The notes under the pieces were generated by a model, which saw only the letters and a list, made by a program, of their open reading frames with translations, did no database searches and had not been told where the DNA came from. Source: Fimbriimonadaceae bacterium (lineage in GTDB: Bacteria; Armatimonadota; UBA10988). Taken from it: a stretch of 64,000 nucleotides of DNA. Position numbers and translations under genes: made by a program. This document shows positions 55,019 through 64,000 of the stretch, piece after piece. Position 1 is the first letter of the stretch, and each line of letters starts with the position of its first letter. The stretch is from NCBI GenBank assembly GCA_020850355.1, contig JADZEX010000040.1:6339-70338 (forward strand), written 5' to 3'.

Positions 55019-55111
55019 TTGAGCAGTGACAAGAAGAAGCATCGGCGGAAAGTGCGCAACCACCTCATGAAGAAGCGCCGCCGCCGCAATCGCCACAAAG
55101 TCCGGCGGTAG
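55019..55111 (+). CDS. Unannotated 30-aa highly basic ORF, possibly a bS22-type small ribosomal protein
   Basis: TTG at 55019 with GAGGA 8 nt upstream. It encodes SSDKKKHRRKVRNHLMKKRRRRNRHKVRR. It is followed by an imperfect hairpin (55121-55153) and a T-run. It is below the 60-aa cut-off of the ORF track. Confidence 0.35.
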   Translation: MSSDKKKHRRKVRNHLMKKRRRRNRHKVRR

Positions 55112-55182
55112 TTGTCCGGCCGTGGCGCCGGGGCTTTGGCTCTGGTGCCACGCAGGCGGCCTGCCCCCTGGCTCACCCGTTT

Positions 55183-56130
55183 TCACGCTGCCGTCAGGCT
55201 CCCCACCGCCCGCGGGTGCGCCTGACGGTAGACTGCTTCCAGGTGCGCCGTCTCGACGTGGGTGTAGATCTGCGTCGTTCCGACGTCGGCGTGGCCGAGC
55301 AGCTCCTGGATGATCCGCAGGTCCGCTCCACCCGCCAGCAGGTGCGTCGCGAAGCTATGGCGGAGCGTGTGCGGGCCGATCGGCGGCCGCCGCTGCCCCA
55401 ACCCGGCCCGCTCGGCGACGCGGCGGACAATCTTGTAGAAGGCGACCCGCGTGAGGCCTTGGCCGCGGCCTGAGATGAACACCGTGTCGCCGGTCTCGCG
55501 CTTCTGCCACAGCTCGCGGACCTCGCGCAGGTAGAGCGCGCAGGCGTCGGCGGCCAGCCGTCCGAACGGCACGATCCGCTCGCGCTGACCCTTGCCGGTA
55601 ACCCGCACCAGGCGCTGCCGCAGGTCCAGGTCGGCCTGCCGCAGGCCAATCAGCTCGCTGACCCGCAGGCCCGCGCCGTAGGCCATTTCCAACATCGCCA
55701 CATCGCGCAGGGCGCGCTGCTGCTCGGCTTCCTCCTGCCCGGCCGCCGGTTGCGCCGCGGCCAGCAGGCTGCTGACTTCGTCGGCCGACAGCACCGGCGG
55801 CAGGTAGCGCCCGCTGCGCGGCACCGGGATCCGCTCGCTGAGATCGGCCGGGATCAGCTCCTCGGTTTCCAGGAACCGAAAGAACCGGCGCAGCGCCGTC
55901 GCCTTGCGCGAGACGCTGCGGGTCTTCAGGCCGCGGCTCCAGAGGTGGTTCAGGTAGAGGTCGATGGTCGCCAGGTCGACCCGGGCGGGGTCTTCGATCT
56001 GCGCCGACGCCAGGAACGCGCTGAACTGCGCGAGGTCCGAACCGTAGGCCTCGAGGGTGTTGCGGCTGAGACCACGCTCGACGGTGAGCTGGTCCAGAAA
56101 CTCCGCCACGGCTGCCGAGAGGGCGCTCAT
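55183..56130 (-). CDS. Tyrosine recombinase of the XerC/XerD family
   Basis: N-terminal core-binding domain (EFLDQLTVERGLSRNTLEAYGSDL). The catalytic R...HxLRHSFATHLL...GHADVGTTQIYTHV with Tyr is present. The listed ORF start is a GTG at 56145; the ATG at 56130 is used. Confidence 0.85.
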   Translation of the reverse strand: MSALSAAVAEFLDQLTVERGLSRNTLEAYGSDLAQFSAFLASAQIEDPARVDLATIDLYLNHLWSRGLKTRSVSRKATALRRFFRFLETEELIPADLSERIPVPRSGRYLPPVLSADEVSSLLAAAQPAAGQEEAEQQRALRDVAMLEMAYGAGLRVSELIGLRQADLDLRQRLVRVTGKGQRERIVPFGRLAADACALYLREVRELWQKRETGDTVFISGRGQGLTRVAFYKIVRRVAERAGLGQRRPPIGPHTLRHSFATHLLAGGADLRIIQELLGHADVGTTQIYTHVETAHLEAVYRQAHPRAVGSLTAA

Positions 56131-56181
56131 ACCCGCTTGCGACACCCGTCGCCGACCCAGGTTGCGGCGAGTCCGGCAGGG

Positions 56182-56730
56182 TTAGGGCAGGTAGCCTCCC
56201 TCGGGTCCCAGCGCAGCGCGTAGCTCGTCGCGCCGGGACGCGGTCAGGTCGCCGTAGCTGGTGTGGTCGATCCCGAACACCGGCAACCGCGTCAGCCGGT
56301 CGCGGTGCTTCGCCAGCAGCTCGTCGAGGCTGCCCAAGGGCCGGGCCGGGTTGCCGGCCACCACCGTCCGCGGCGGCACGTCCCGCGTGACCACCGCGCC
56401 GGCCGCGACCACTGCCTGGCAGCCGATGGTCACCCCCGGCAGGACGATTGCGCCAGCGCCGAGGAAGGCCTCGTCGGCGATCACCACCGGGGCCACGTGG
56501 GTGTAGCCGAGCGCGCGCCGCAGACTGGCGTCGTGGGCCAGCAGATGCACCCGCGGCGCGAGCGTGACGCGGTCGCCGATGGTGATCAGGAAGCCGTGGT
56601 CGGGGTCGATCAGCACCTCGGGCCCGAGGTGACAGTCGACCCCGATCTGCACGCCGGCCGCGCGCAGGGCGTCGAGCCGGTGGCCGGGCCGTAGACGGCG
56701 CCAGAGACGGGTCAGCAAGCCGGCCGCCAT
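56182..56730 (-). CDS. Hexapeptide-repeat (left-handed beta-helix) acetyltransferase
   Basis: Tandem [LIV]GxxxxI hexapeptides (VQIGVDCHLGPEVLI, ITIGDRVTLAP, AFLGAGAIVLPGVTIGCQAVVAAGAVV) of the maltose/galactoside O-acetyltransferase type. Confidence 0.8.
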   Translation of the reverse strand: MAAGLLTRLWRRLRPGHRLDALRAAGVQIGVDCHLGPEVLIDPDHGFLITIGDRVTLAPRVHLLAHDASLRRALGYTHVAPVVIADEAFLGAGAIVLPGVTIGCQAVVAAGAVVTRDVPPRTVVAGNPARPLGSLDELLAKHRDRLTRLPVFGIDHTSYGDLTASRRDELRAALGPEGGYLP

Positions 56731-56808
56731 GGGGGTCTCCGGGGCCCAGCTTCGGCCAGCCCGACGGGGCTCCTGCCAGGGGACCTATACTGTCGGTGGG
56801 ATGGACCG

Positions 56809-57876
56809 ATGGACGACGGGATCTACGACCAACTGGCGACGCGCCTGGCGGCCGGGCAGCGCGGTGCGCTGGCGCTGGTGATTGCCACCAAGGGCTCGAC
56901 CCCGCAGCGCGCCGGGGCGAAGGCGGTGTTCACACCCGCGGGTGAGATCCTCGGCACCATCGGCGGCGGCTGTCTGGAGCACGAGGCCCGGCTCCGCGCC
57001 CTGGACTGCCTGCGCGACGGGCAGCCGGCGCGGATCACGGTCGATCTGACGCACGATTGGGACCAGGACACGGGCTTGATCTGCGGCGGCCTGGCCGACA
57101 TCCTGATCCTCGTGCCGGCACCGGGCGAGGCGCCACTTTACGCGGCCGTGGCTGCCGCGCGGGAGGCCGGGCAGACGCTGGTGGTGACGCACGGCGTGGC
57201 GGGCGAGCAGCTTGGCCAGGTGGCGCTGGCCGTGGCCGACGGCGAGCGCCGGGGCGACGCGGCGCTGCTCGAGGCGGCGGCGGCGGCGCTGACTGCGCGG
57301 CAAGGTGGGCTGCTGGGCGAGCACTACCACGACCTCCTGGTGCCCCGGCCGCGGCTCTGGATCGCTGGCGCCGGGCATGTCGGGCAGGCGCTGGCCCGCT
57401 GCGCCGCCGCGGTCGGGTTCGCGGTGACCGTGATCGATGACCGGGCCGACCTCTGCACCGCCGCGCAGATTCCCGCCGCAGCGGAGCATTGGGTCGGCGA
57501 CATCGAGCGGCTGCTGGGCCAGCCGGTCTTCGGACCCGACGACTTCGTGGTGGTGGTGACCCGCGGCCACCGGCACGATGCCGCCGCGCTACGGGCGGTG
57601 ATTCGCAGCGCCGCCGGCTATGTCGGGTTGATCGGCAGCCGCCGCAAGATCAAGCTGATTGCCGAGGGACTGCTAGACGAGGGTGCCGCCGACGCCGCCG
57701 AGCTGGCCGGCGTCTACGCGCCGATTGGCCTCGACATCGGCGCGGTGACCGTCGACGAGATCGCCGTCAGCATCGTCGCCGAGCTGATCGCCGTGCGGCG
57801 CGGCCGGCTGCGGCACCCGTCGCAGCGTGACTGGCGCGCCAAGGGTCAACGGCCGGCGGGGAGCTGCCAGGGCTGA
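56809..57876 (+). CDS. XdhC/CoxI-family molybdo-enzyme maturation protein
   Basis: An XdhC_CoxI N-domain (ALALVIATKGSTPQRAGAK...GTIGGGCLE) followed by a Rossmann-like XdhC_C (LWIAGAGHVGQALARCAAAVGF...GLIGSRRK). Confidence 0.85.
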   Translation: MDDGIYDQLATRLAAGQRGALALVIATKGSTPQRAGAKAVFTPAGEILGTIGGGCLEHEARLRALDCLRDGQPARITVDLTHDWDQDTGLICGGLADILILVPAPGEAPLYAAVAAAREAGQTLVVTHGVAGEQLGQVALAVADGERRGDAALLEAAAAALTARQGGLLGEHYHDLLVPRPRLWIAGAGHVGQALARCAAAVGFAVTVIDDRADLCTAAQIPAAAEHWVGDIERLLGQPVFGPDDFVVVVTRGHRHDAAALRAVIRSAAGYVGLIGSRRKIKLIAEGLLDEGAADAAELAGVYAPIGLDIGAVTVDEIAVSIVAELIAVRRGRLRHPSQRDWRAKGQRPAGSCQG

Positions 57877-57925
57877 GCGGGCAGGAATCGGGTCGTCGCC
57901 GGCGAACCATCGGACGGAGCCGCCG

Positions 57926-59977
57926 ATGTTGCTGCCGACCGCCCTCTCCGCCGCGTTGCTGGCCCCCGCCCCGATCCGCCCGCCGGCGGTGCCCCTGATT
58001 GTCTGCGACCCGTACTTCAGCATCTGGTCGTGCGCCGATCAACTCAACACCGACTGGCCACGCCACTGGACCGGCGCGGTCAACGCCCTGCAGATGATGC
58101 TGCGCGTGGACGGCACGACCTGGCGCCTGATGGGCGCCGCCCCACCGACCAGCGCCCCAGCCCGCCAGCTCTCCTGCGAAGTGCGGCCGACCACCACGCG
58201 CTACCGCTTCGCGGCCGGGCCGGTCGAGGTCGCCCTGTCCTTCCGCACGCCGGCCCTGCCGGGCGATCTGGAGCAGCTCAGCCGGCCAGTCGGTTACGTT
58301 ACCTGCGACCTGCGCAGCACCGACGGTGGTCGCCACGTGGTGCAGCTCTACTTCGACCACTCGGGCGAGCTGGTGGTCAACGAGCCGGCCCAGCCGGTGG
58401 TCTGGTCGCGGCCGCAGTTGCCGGGGCTGACCGTCACCCGGATGGGCAGCGCGGCGCAACCGGTGCTGGGGCGCAAGGGCGACAACCTGCGGATCGACTG
58501 GGGCTACCTGTACGTCGCCACGGCCGACCCGGCGCAGGTGGCGGTCGTCGGACACGAGGCGGCGCGGGGCGGGTTCGTGACCGCCGGCAAGCTGCCGTCG
58601 GAGGACGACCCCCGACAGCCCCGGCCGGCCAACGACGACTGGCCAGTGGCGGCCACGGTCTTCGACTGCGGCGAGGTCGGCGAGGCCGCCGTGCGGCGGT
58701 CGCTGGTGCTGGCCTACGACGACCTCTACAGCATCGAGTACCTGGGGCAACGCCTGGCGCCCTACTGGCGCCGCCACGGCTGGGGCGCCGCCGAGCTGCT
58801 GCGGGCGGCGGTCGCCGATCAGGCTGCCGTGGCGCAGCGCTGCGAGGCCCTCGACGCGCAGTTGCTGAGCGACCTCGAAGCGGCCGGCGGACCACGCTAC
58901 GCCAGCCTCTGCGCGCTGGCCTTCCGGCAGTGCCTGGGCGGCCACAAGCTGGCCGCCGACAGCACCGGGCGGCCGCTCTGGTTCAGCAAAGAGAACTTCA
59001 GCAACGGCTGCATCGCAACTGTCGACGTGAGCTATCCGTCGGCGCCGTTCATGCTGCTGTTCAACCCGGCGCTGCTGCGGGCGATGCTCGATCCGGTGCT
59101 CGATTACGCCGCCTCAGCGCGCTGGAAGTTCCCCTTCGCGCCGCACGATCTGGGGACCTATCCGTTGGCCAACGGCCAGGTCTACGGCGGCGGCGAGACC
59201 GGTGAAGAGAACCAGATGCCGGTCGAGGAGTGTGGCAACCTGCTGATCCTGGTGGCAGCCCTGGCGCAGGCCGAGGGCCACGCCGAGTACGCGCGGGCGC
59301 ACTGGCGAGTGCTGACGACCTGGGCCGAGTACCTCAAGGAGTTCGGTTTCGACCCCGGCAAGCAGCTCTGCACCGACGACTTCGCCGGCCATCTGGCCCA
59401 CAATGCCAACCTCTCGGTGAAGGCCCAGGTGGCGCTGGCCGGCTACGCCCGGCTGTGCGAGTTACTCGGCCAGACCGCGGCGGCCAGCGAGTACCGCAAG
59501 CTGGCCGAGGAGGGTGTCGCGAAGTGGGAGGCGGCCGCCCGCGACGGCGAGCACTACCGCCTGGCCTTCGACCAGCCCGGCACCTGGAGCCAGAAGTACA
59601 ACCTGGTGTGGGACAAGCTGCTCGACCTGAAGCTGTTCCCGCCGGCTGTCGCAGCGCGCGAGGTGGCCTTTTACCTGACTCAGCAGAACCGCTACGGGCT
59701 GCCGCTGGACAACCGCAGCGGGTTCACCAAGGCTGACTGGATCATCTGGTCGGCGACCTTGGCGGAGCGGCCGGAGGACTGGCACGCGCTGGTCGACCCG
59801 GTCTTCGCGTTCGCCAACGAGTCGCCCAGCCGGGTGCCGCTGACCGACTGGTACTGGACCGCCGACGCCAGGCAGCGCGGCTTCCAGGCCCGCACGGTGG
59901 TCGGCGGGCTGTTCATCAAGCTGCTCGCCGACGAAGCCGTCTGGCGCCGCTGGCGGACCGCTCGGGAGTCACCATGA
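57926..59977 (+). CDS. Secreted glutaminase-A-like (DUF4965/DUF1793) protein; a putative glycoside hydrolase
   Basis: Signal peptide MLLPTALSAALLAPAPIRPPAVPLIVCDPYFSIW. There is a large (alpha/alpha)6-like C-terminal region (ECGNLLILVAALAQAEG...TDDFAGHLAHNANLSVKAQVA). The family call is from memory. The ORF-track extension to 57827 overlaps xdhC and is rejected. Confidence 0.75.
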   Translation: MLLPTALSAALLAPAPIRPPAVPLIVCDPYFSIWSCADQLNTDWPRHWTGAVNALQMMLRVDGTTWRLMGAAPPTSAPARQLSCEVRPTTTRYRFAAGPVEVALSFRTPALPGDLEQLSRPVGYVTCDLRSTDGGRHVVQLYFDHSGELVVNEPAQPVVWSRPQLPGLTVTRMGSAAQPVLGRKGDNLRIDWGYLYVATADPAQVAVVGHEAARGGFVTAGKLPSEDDPRQPRPANDDWPVAATVFDCGEVGEAAVRRSLVLAYDDLYSIEYLGQRLAPYWRRHGWGAAELLRAAVADQAAVAQRCEALDAQLLSDLEAAGGPRYASLCALAFRQCLGGHKLAADSTGRPLWFSKENFSNGCIATVDVSYPSAPFMLLFNPALLRAMLDPVLDYAASARWKFPFAPHDLGTYPLANGQVYGGGETGEENQMPVEECGNLLILVAALAQAEGHAEYARAHWRVLTTWAEYLKEFGFDPGKQLCTDDFAGHLAHNANLSVKAQVALAGYARLCELLGQTAAASEYRKLAEEGVAKWEAAARDGEHYRLAFDQPGTWSQKYNLVWDKLLDLKLFPPAVAAREVAFYLTQQNRYGLPLDNRSGFTKADWIIWSATLAERPEDWHALVDPVFAFANESPSRVPLTDWYWTADARQRGFQARTVVGGLFIKLLADEAVWRRWRTARESP

Positions 59978-61683
59978 ACCTGCTGCCGCTGCTCTGGCTG
60001 GCGCTCGGCGCGCCGTTGGACGACGCCCTGGCGGACCTCGCTCGACGGCTGCCGGCCTGCAGCCCGGTGGCCTGTCCGGCCGCTGGCCCTCTCACGCTGC
60101 AGCCGGGCCAGAGCCTGACCGTCGAGCAGCTCCGCGGCGTCGCGCTGGACGACGATCCGCCCCGCCTGGGGCAGCCCGCCAAGCCCTACCCGGCCAACCT
60201 GGGTGACGGCTTCGCGCCGGGCACCGCGCCCTATGTGGCGCGTGAGATCCGGCCGTTCCGGCTGCGGCGCCTGCACGCCGAGTGGTGCTACGGGGGCTGG
60301 CACACTTGGGCCATGAGCGACTACGCCAGCGCCCACGGCTTCGACATCGTCAGCGCCTACAACCGCCGGCCGGCGGAGGTCACGCACCTGCCGGCGGGCA
60401 CCCGTTGGATGCACTGGGGCGGCTTCGTCGATTGGCCGAAATGGCTGGAGGCGGCTGGCCTGGAGCCGGGCCGGTACGACCAGTTGGCCGACCGCGACGT
60501 CGCCAGCGAGCTGGCCGCGCAGGGGACTTTCGCCCGCCAGGACGGCTTCGACTCGCTGATGATCGATCTGGAGCACAGCTTCCTGTCGCCCGCCCGGCTG
60601 CGGCAGGCCGACTTCTACCCGGCCGCCGGCCCGGCCGAGCAACGGGAGGCCTTCGAAGCAGCCTACTACGCCGGCTACGCCAAGACCTACAGCGGTCCCC
60701 TGGAGGCGGCTCGCGCCGCCGGCTGGCGCGACCGCAGCGTCTACGGCTGGCAGCCCTTCGCGCGGACCTGGCACGGTCTGGAAAAAGCCACCGTCGATCC
60801 TGCCACCGACGAAGCGTGGAACCTCTACGGCCGCCGGCTCGCCGAGGCGGTCGACCTGCTCAACCCGTCGGTCTACTGCTTCTACTGGGACCCCAAGAAC
60901 GTCGCCTACACGCTCGCCAACCTGGATCTCAACGTCCGCCTGAATCAGTCGCTGCCCCGCCCGCGGCCGATCCGGCCGTACTACTGGACCCTGCTCCACG
61001 GCGGCGGCGGTGGCTGGCGCTGGTGGGCCGGGCAGCCGCTGAGCGACGAAGAGACCCGCGCGATGACCGTGCTGGGGTTCTTCTGCGGGACCCAAGGACT
61101 GGTCAACTGGAACTGGTCGGGCACCGGCGACCACACCCGGCCGAGCGTCAAGCCCGCCGCGGATCTGATGCTCCGCGACCGGCTGGAGCTGGCGCCGGTC
61201 GGGGGCGGGCCACCGACGACCTTCTCCCGCTACGACGTGATCCACGTGCTCAGCGTCACCGCCGAGCTGGTGCGGTTCCAGCGGGTGATCCCCAGCGAGG
61301 CCCGTAGCAACTACGGGATCGGCGAGGGGCGGCCAGTCTACGAGCTGGCGCCCGCCGCGTTGCAGCCGCACTTGCGACCGGCCGCCGAGCCGGTCGCGGC
61401 GATGGTCGAGGGGTTGGCGTTGGTGCGGGCCATCGAAGAGCTGCTGGCCGCCGGGCGGCCGGTGATCGACGTGCCGGCGCAGCGGCAGTTTGCCGAGACC
61501 CTGCCCATTGTCCGGCGGATCGATCTCGGTGCCGTGCAGTTGCTGGCGACCTGGGACCCGCTCTGGGCGCAGCAGCCGGCCGGGCGCGCGGTGGAGCTGC
61601 GCGACTTCGCCGGCCGGGCAGGCCTGCACCTGACGCTGCCGGCCGACGGCCAGGTGCGCCTCTGGCTGCTGCGGCTGCCCTGA
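59974..61683 (+). CDS. Secreted hypothetical protein (possible TIM-barrel glycoside-hydrolase-like), translationally coupled to the DUF4965 gene
   Basis: ATGA overlap at 59974-59977. Signal peptide MNLLPLLWLALGAPL. Strong GC3 bias. No family was recognised. Confidence 0.6.
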   Translation: MNLLPLLWLALGAPLDDALADLARRLPACSPVACPAAGPLTLQPGQSLTVEQLRGVALDDDPPRLGQPAKPYPANLGDGFAPGTAPYVAREIRPFRLRRLHAEWCYGGWHTWAMSDYASAHGFDIVSAYNRRPAEVTHLPAGTRWMHWGGFVDWPKWLEAAGLEPGRYDQLADRDVASELAAQGTFARQDGFDSLMIDLEHSFLSPARLRQADFYPAAGPAEQREAFEAAYYAGYAKTYSGPLEAARAAGWRDRSVYGWQPFARTWHGLEKATVDPATDEAWNLYGRRLAEAVDLLNPSVYCFYWDPKNVAYTLANLDLNVRLNQSLPRPRPIRPYYWTLLHGGGGGWRWWAGQPLSDEETRAMTVLGFFCGTQGLVNWNWSGTGDHTRPSVKPAADLMLRDRLELAPVGGGPPTTFSRYDVIHVLSVTAELVRFQRVIPSEARSNYGIGEGRPVYELAPAALQPHLRPAAEPVAAMVEGLALVRAIEELLAAGRPVIDVPAQRQFAETLPIVRRIDLGAVQLLATWDPLWAQQPAGRAVELRDFAGRAGLHLTLPADGQVRLWLLRLP

Positions 61684-61727
61684 AGGAGTCGCCCGCCGCC
61701 GCTCGAACCGGTGGGGCGGAGCTGATC

Positions 61728-63719
61728 ATGCGCCGCAGCCTGTCCTTGCCCACCGCACTGGTCGTCGCCGCCGTCTGGACGCTGCTGACCGTCCCGGCCC
61801 CGGCCGCCGCGCCGTTCTCGCTGGCCAGCCTGCTCGACGAGATGGTCGACCGCGCGGCGCTGGCGCAGTGGCCGTCGCCGGCCTACACCTGCCGGCAGGC
61901 CAGCAGCTACGACCGCGCCGCCAAGTCGCCGACCGAGCACTGGTTCGCCAACGGCGACGCCAACCAGTTCCTGCGGCAAGAGACCAACGAAGGGCGCCCC
62001 GAGTGGGTGCTGCTCGACGCCGCCGGACCCGGCGCGGTGGTGCGGATCTGGTCGGCCAACCCGCCCGAGGGCGCCAACCTGCGGTTCTACCTCGACGGCG
62101 CCAGCAGCGCCACCTGGACCGTGCCGTTTCAGGCCCTGACCAACGGCAGTGGCCCGGTGGGCCAGCCGCTGGCGGCCGAGCGCAGCCGCGGCTGGAACTG
62201 CTACCTGCCGATTCCTTACGCCCGGCACCTCAAGCTGACCGCCGACAAGCGCGGCTTCTACTACCAGGTCAACTACCGCACCTACGCCGCCGGCAGCGCC
62301 GTCAGCAGCTTCAGCCCCGCCGCGCTGCAAGCGGCCCAGGCGCAAGTCGCGCAGGTCAACCAGACGCTCGCCGCGCCCGTCGCCTTGCCCACCGGGAGCG
62401 GCCTCAAGCGGTACGCCCTGGCGGCCGGTGAGGCGCGCGAAATCCTGGCCCGCGACCTGCCCGGCGCGGTGACCGGCCTGGCGGTCAAGCTGACGGCCGC
62501 CGACCGCGACCAGGCCCTGCGGTCGACCGTCCTGGTCGCCGAGTTCGACGGTCAGCCCTGCGTCTGGGCGCCAGTCGGCGACTTCTTCGGCAGCGGCGTG
62601 GGCGTCAACGTCTTCCAGGACTGGTGGCGCGCGGTGCAGGCTGACGGCACGATGCTCTGCCGCTGGACGATGCCCTTCGCCAGGCGCGCGCGGCTGCGGC
62701 TGGTCAACCTCGGGCGGCAGCCGGTCGACGCCGCCGTGCGGGTGGTCACCGGGCCGTGGACCTGGGACCAGCGCTCGCTGCACTTTCGCGCCGACTGGCG
62801 GGCCGAGTACCCCCTCAACACCCGGCCGATGATCGACTGGAACTACCTCACGGCCACCGGCCAGGGCGTCTACGCAGGCGACAGCCTGGCCGTGATGAAC
62901 CCGGTCGGCGCCTGGTGGGGCGAGGGTGACGAGAAGATCTACACCGACGGCGAGACCTTCCCGTCGCACTTTGGCACCGGCACCGAGGACTACTACGGCT
63001 ACGCCTGGTGCTGCCCCGAGCCCTTCACCGGACCGTTCCACGCCCAGCCGCGCTGCGACGGGCCAGGCAACTTCGGCCACACCACCGTCAGCCGGGTGCG
63101 CCTGCTCGACGGCATTCCGTTCGAGCGCGACCTGCGGTTCGATATGGAGGTCTGGCACTGGGCGGCCTGCGAAGTGGCCTACGCCGTGACCACCTATTGG
63201 TACGCCCGCCCGGGCGCCAGCGACACGATTCCGCCCGCCCCGGAGCAGGCGCGCCGCAAGCTGCCGCAGCCCCCGCCGCCGTTCAAGCGGGCCAACCACA
63301 CGGAGGCCGAGGCGATGACGATCGCCGCCCTGGCCGACGGCCTGCCCCACGAGCGGCAGGGCACCGCCGGTTACCAGCAGGACGGCTGGAGCGAGAACTA
63401 CCACCTCTGGGTCAAAGGCCGTCAGGCGGGCGACTTCCTCGAGCTGCGCTGCCCGGCGACACCCGGCGCGCACAAGTTGACGCTCTACCTCACCCGAAGC
63501 TGGGACTACGGCATCGTCAACGTCTCGCTGAACGGCAAGCTGGTCGCCGAGAAGGTCGACCTGTACAGCGAGAAGGTGGTCGCCACCGGGCCCATCGTCC
63601 TCGGCACGCACGCGCCCGTCGACGGCGCCTACCGCCTGCGAATCGAAGTGGTCGGCCGCAATCCGGCCTCGAAGGGCAGCGGGGCGTACCTGGGGATCGA
63701 CGGCCTGCAGGTCGAATAG
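61728..63719 (+). CDS. Secreted glycoside hydrolase family 172 (DUF2961) protein; second paralog
   Basis: Signal peptide. VVRIWSANPPEGANLRFYLDG...GTGTEDYYGYAWC is the same DUF2961 block as in 11745..14507. A C-terminal beta-sandwich domain is present. Confidence 0.85.
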   Translation: MRRSLSLPTALVVAAVWTLLTVPAPAAAPFSLASLLDEMVDRAALAQWPSPAYTCRQASSYDRAAKSPTEHWFANGDANQFLRQETNEGRPEWVLLDAAGPGAVVRIWSANPPEGANLRFYLDGASSATWTVPFQALTNGSGPVGQPLAAERSRGWNCYLPIPYARHLKLTADKRGFYYQVNYRTYAAGSAVSSFSPAALQAAQAQVAQVNQTLAAPVALPTGSGLKRYALAAGEAREILARDLPGAVTGLAVKLTAADRDQALRSTVLVAEFDGQPCVWAPVGDFFGSGVGVNVFQDWWRAVQADGTMLCRWTMPFARRARLRLVNLGRQPVDAAVRVVTGPWTWDQRSLHFRADWRAEYPLNTRPMIDWNYLTATGQGVYAGDSLAVMNPVGAWWGEGDEKIYTDGETFPSHFGTGTEDYYGYAWCCPEPFTGPFHAQPRCDGPGNFGHTTVSRVRLLDGIPFERDLRFDMEVWHWAACEVAYAVTTYWYARPGASDTIPPAPEQARRKLPQPPPPFKRANHTEAEAMTIAALADGLPHERQGTAGYQQDGWSENYHLWVKGRQAGDFLELRCPATPGAHKLTLYLTRSWDYGIVNVSLNGKLVAEKVDLYSEKVVATGPIVLGTHAPVDGAYRLRIEVVGRNPASKGSGAYLGIDGLQVE

Positions 63720-63725
63720 CGCCGG

Positions 63726-64000
63726 CTACTCGGCCAGCAGCCCCGTCCGGCGGTAGAGGCGGGCCAGCGCCAGGCTGAAGCCGAGGCTGTCCAGCCGCAG
63801 CTCGTCAGCAGGCTGCACCAGCCGCTCGGTGATCCAGGTCGGCTGCCCGGCGTCGCGGCGGTGGACCGCCACCGCCAGGGCGGTCTGCGAGACCTGCACG
63901 TAGCTCTCGATCGAGGGCGTCTCGAAGTAAGCAGCCGCCTTCTCGATGCTATCGGTGCGCTGCGTCTCGGGCGAGGTGATCTCAACCACGAACCGCGGCC
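63726..64000 (-). CDS. Uma2-family (DUF820) putative endonuclease; C-terminal part only (gene continues beyond the window)
   Basis: The minus-strand frame reads ...VVEITSPETQRTDSIEKAAAYFETPSIESYVQV...TERLVQPADELRLDSLGFSLALARLYR, the typical Uma2 C-terminus (PDLVVEIxSP..D...K...Y...GV.EYW.V). There is no start inside the window. Confidence 0.6.
   Translation of the reverse strand, partial: PRFVVEITSPETQRTDSIEKAAAYFETPSIESYVQVSQTALAVAVHRRDAGQPTWITERLVQPADELRLDSLGFSLALARLYRRTGLLAE

Noticed and set aside
55121-55180. Hairpin plus GTTTT run between the small basic ORF and xerC/D as a bidirectional terminator
   Set aside because: The stem has a mismatch and a 15-nt loop, and the T-run is short. 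I note it only as supporting context for the small ORF.

Overview
This is a very high-GC (roughly 70%) chromosomal segment from a diderm bacterium. Third-codon-position GC is strongly elevated in the real frames, and long spurious ORFs on the opposite strand are common, so I chose frames using GC3, RBS and homology motifs.

Several hallmarks point to a Planctomycetes-, Verrucomicrobia- or Armatimonadetes-like lineage: a prepilin/H-X9-DG (DUF1559-type) pseudopilin, a pair of Flp pilins, an SLH-anchored OmpM-like outer-membrane porin, and RNase Y.

I call about 50 protein genes and three tRNAs (Asn-GTT, Gln-CTG, Glu-CTC). The tRNAs have consensus-like sigma70 promoters, and one has a clear intrinsic terminator. 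There is no CRISPR array, no rRNA and no obvious transposon.

The window is dominated by secreted carbohydrate-active enzymes: two GH172/DUF2961 paralogs, GH2, a DUF4838 protein, a GH99/GH71-like protein, GH9, a pectate-lyase-fold beta-helix protein and a glutaminase-A-like DUF4965 protein. These are interleaved with housekeeping genes (rny, ftsE-ftsX-envC-like, fpg, xerC/D, mqnA, MTA phosphorylase, flotillin), a lipid-remodelling trio (PAP2, MprF-like TM domain, MlaE) and signalling genes (CHASE2 adenylate cyclase with FecR, 7TM histidine kinase, LuxR).

The most unusual content is:
- an operon of a TraB/Tiki-like large protein followed by two tandem paralogous membrane-anchored proteins whose C-termini resemble the GspG pseudopilin globular domain;
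- a tRNA-proximal XRE-HTH/M78-peptidase plus PIN-like gene pair;
- an SLH porin carrying a collagen-like (G-X-Y)n segment;
- a GH172-mqnA-MTAP translationally coupled operon;
- an unannotated 30-aa arginine/lysine-rich ORF resembling ribosomal protein bS22;
- a recurrent GTATAC(T) motif at -10 positions.

All family assignments are from motif recognition by eye and were not searched against databases.
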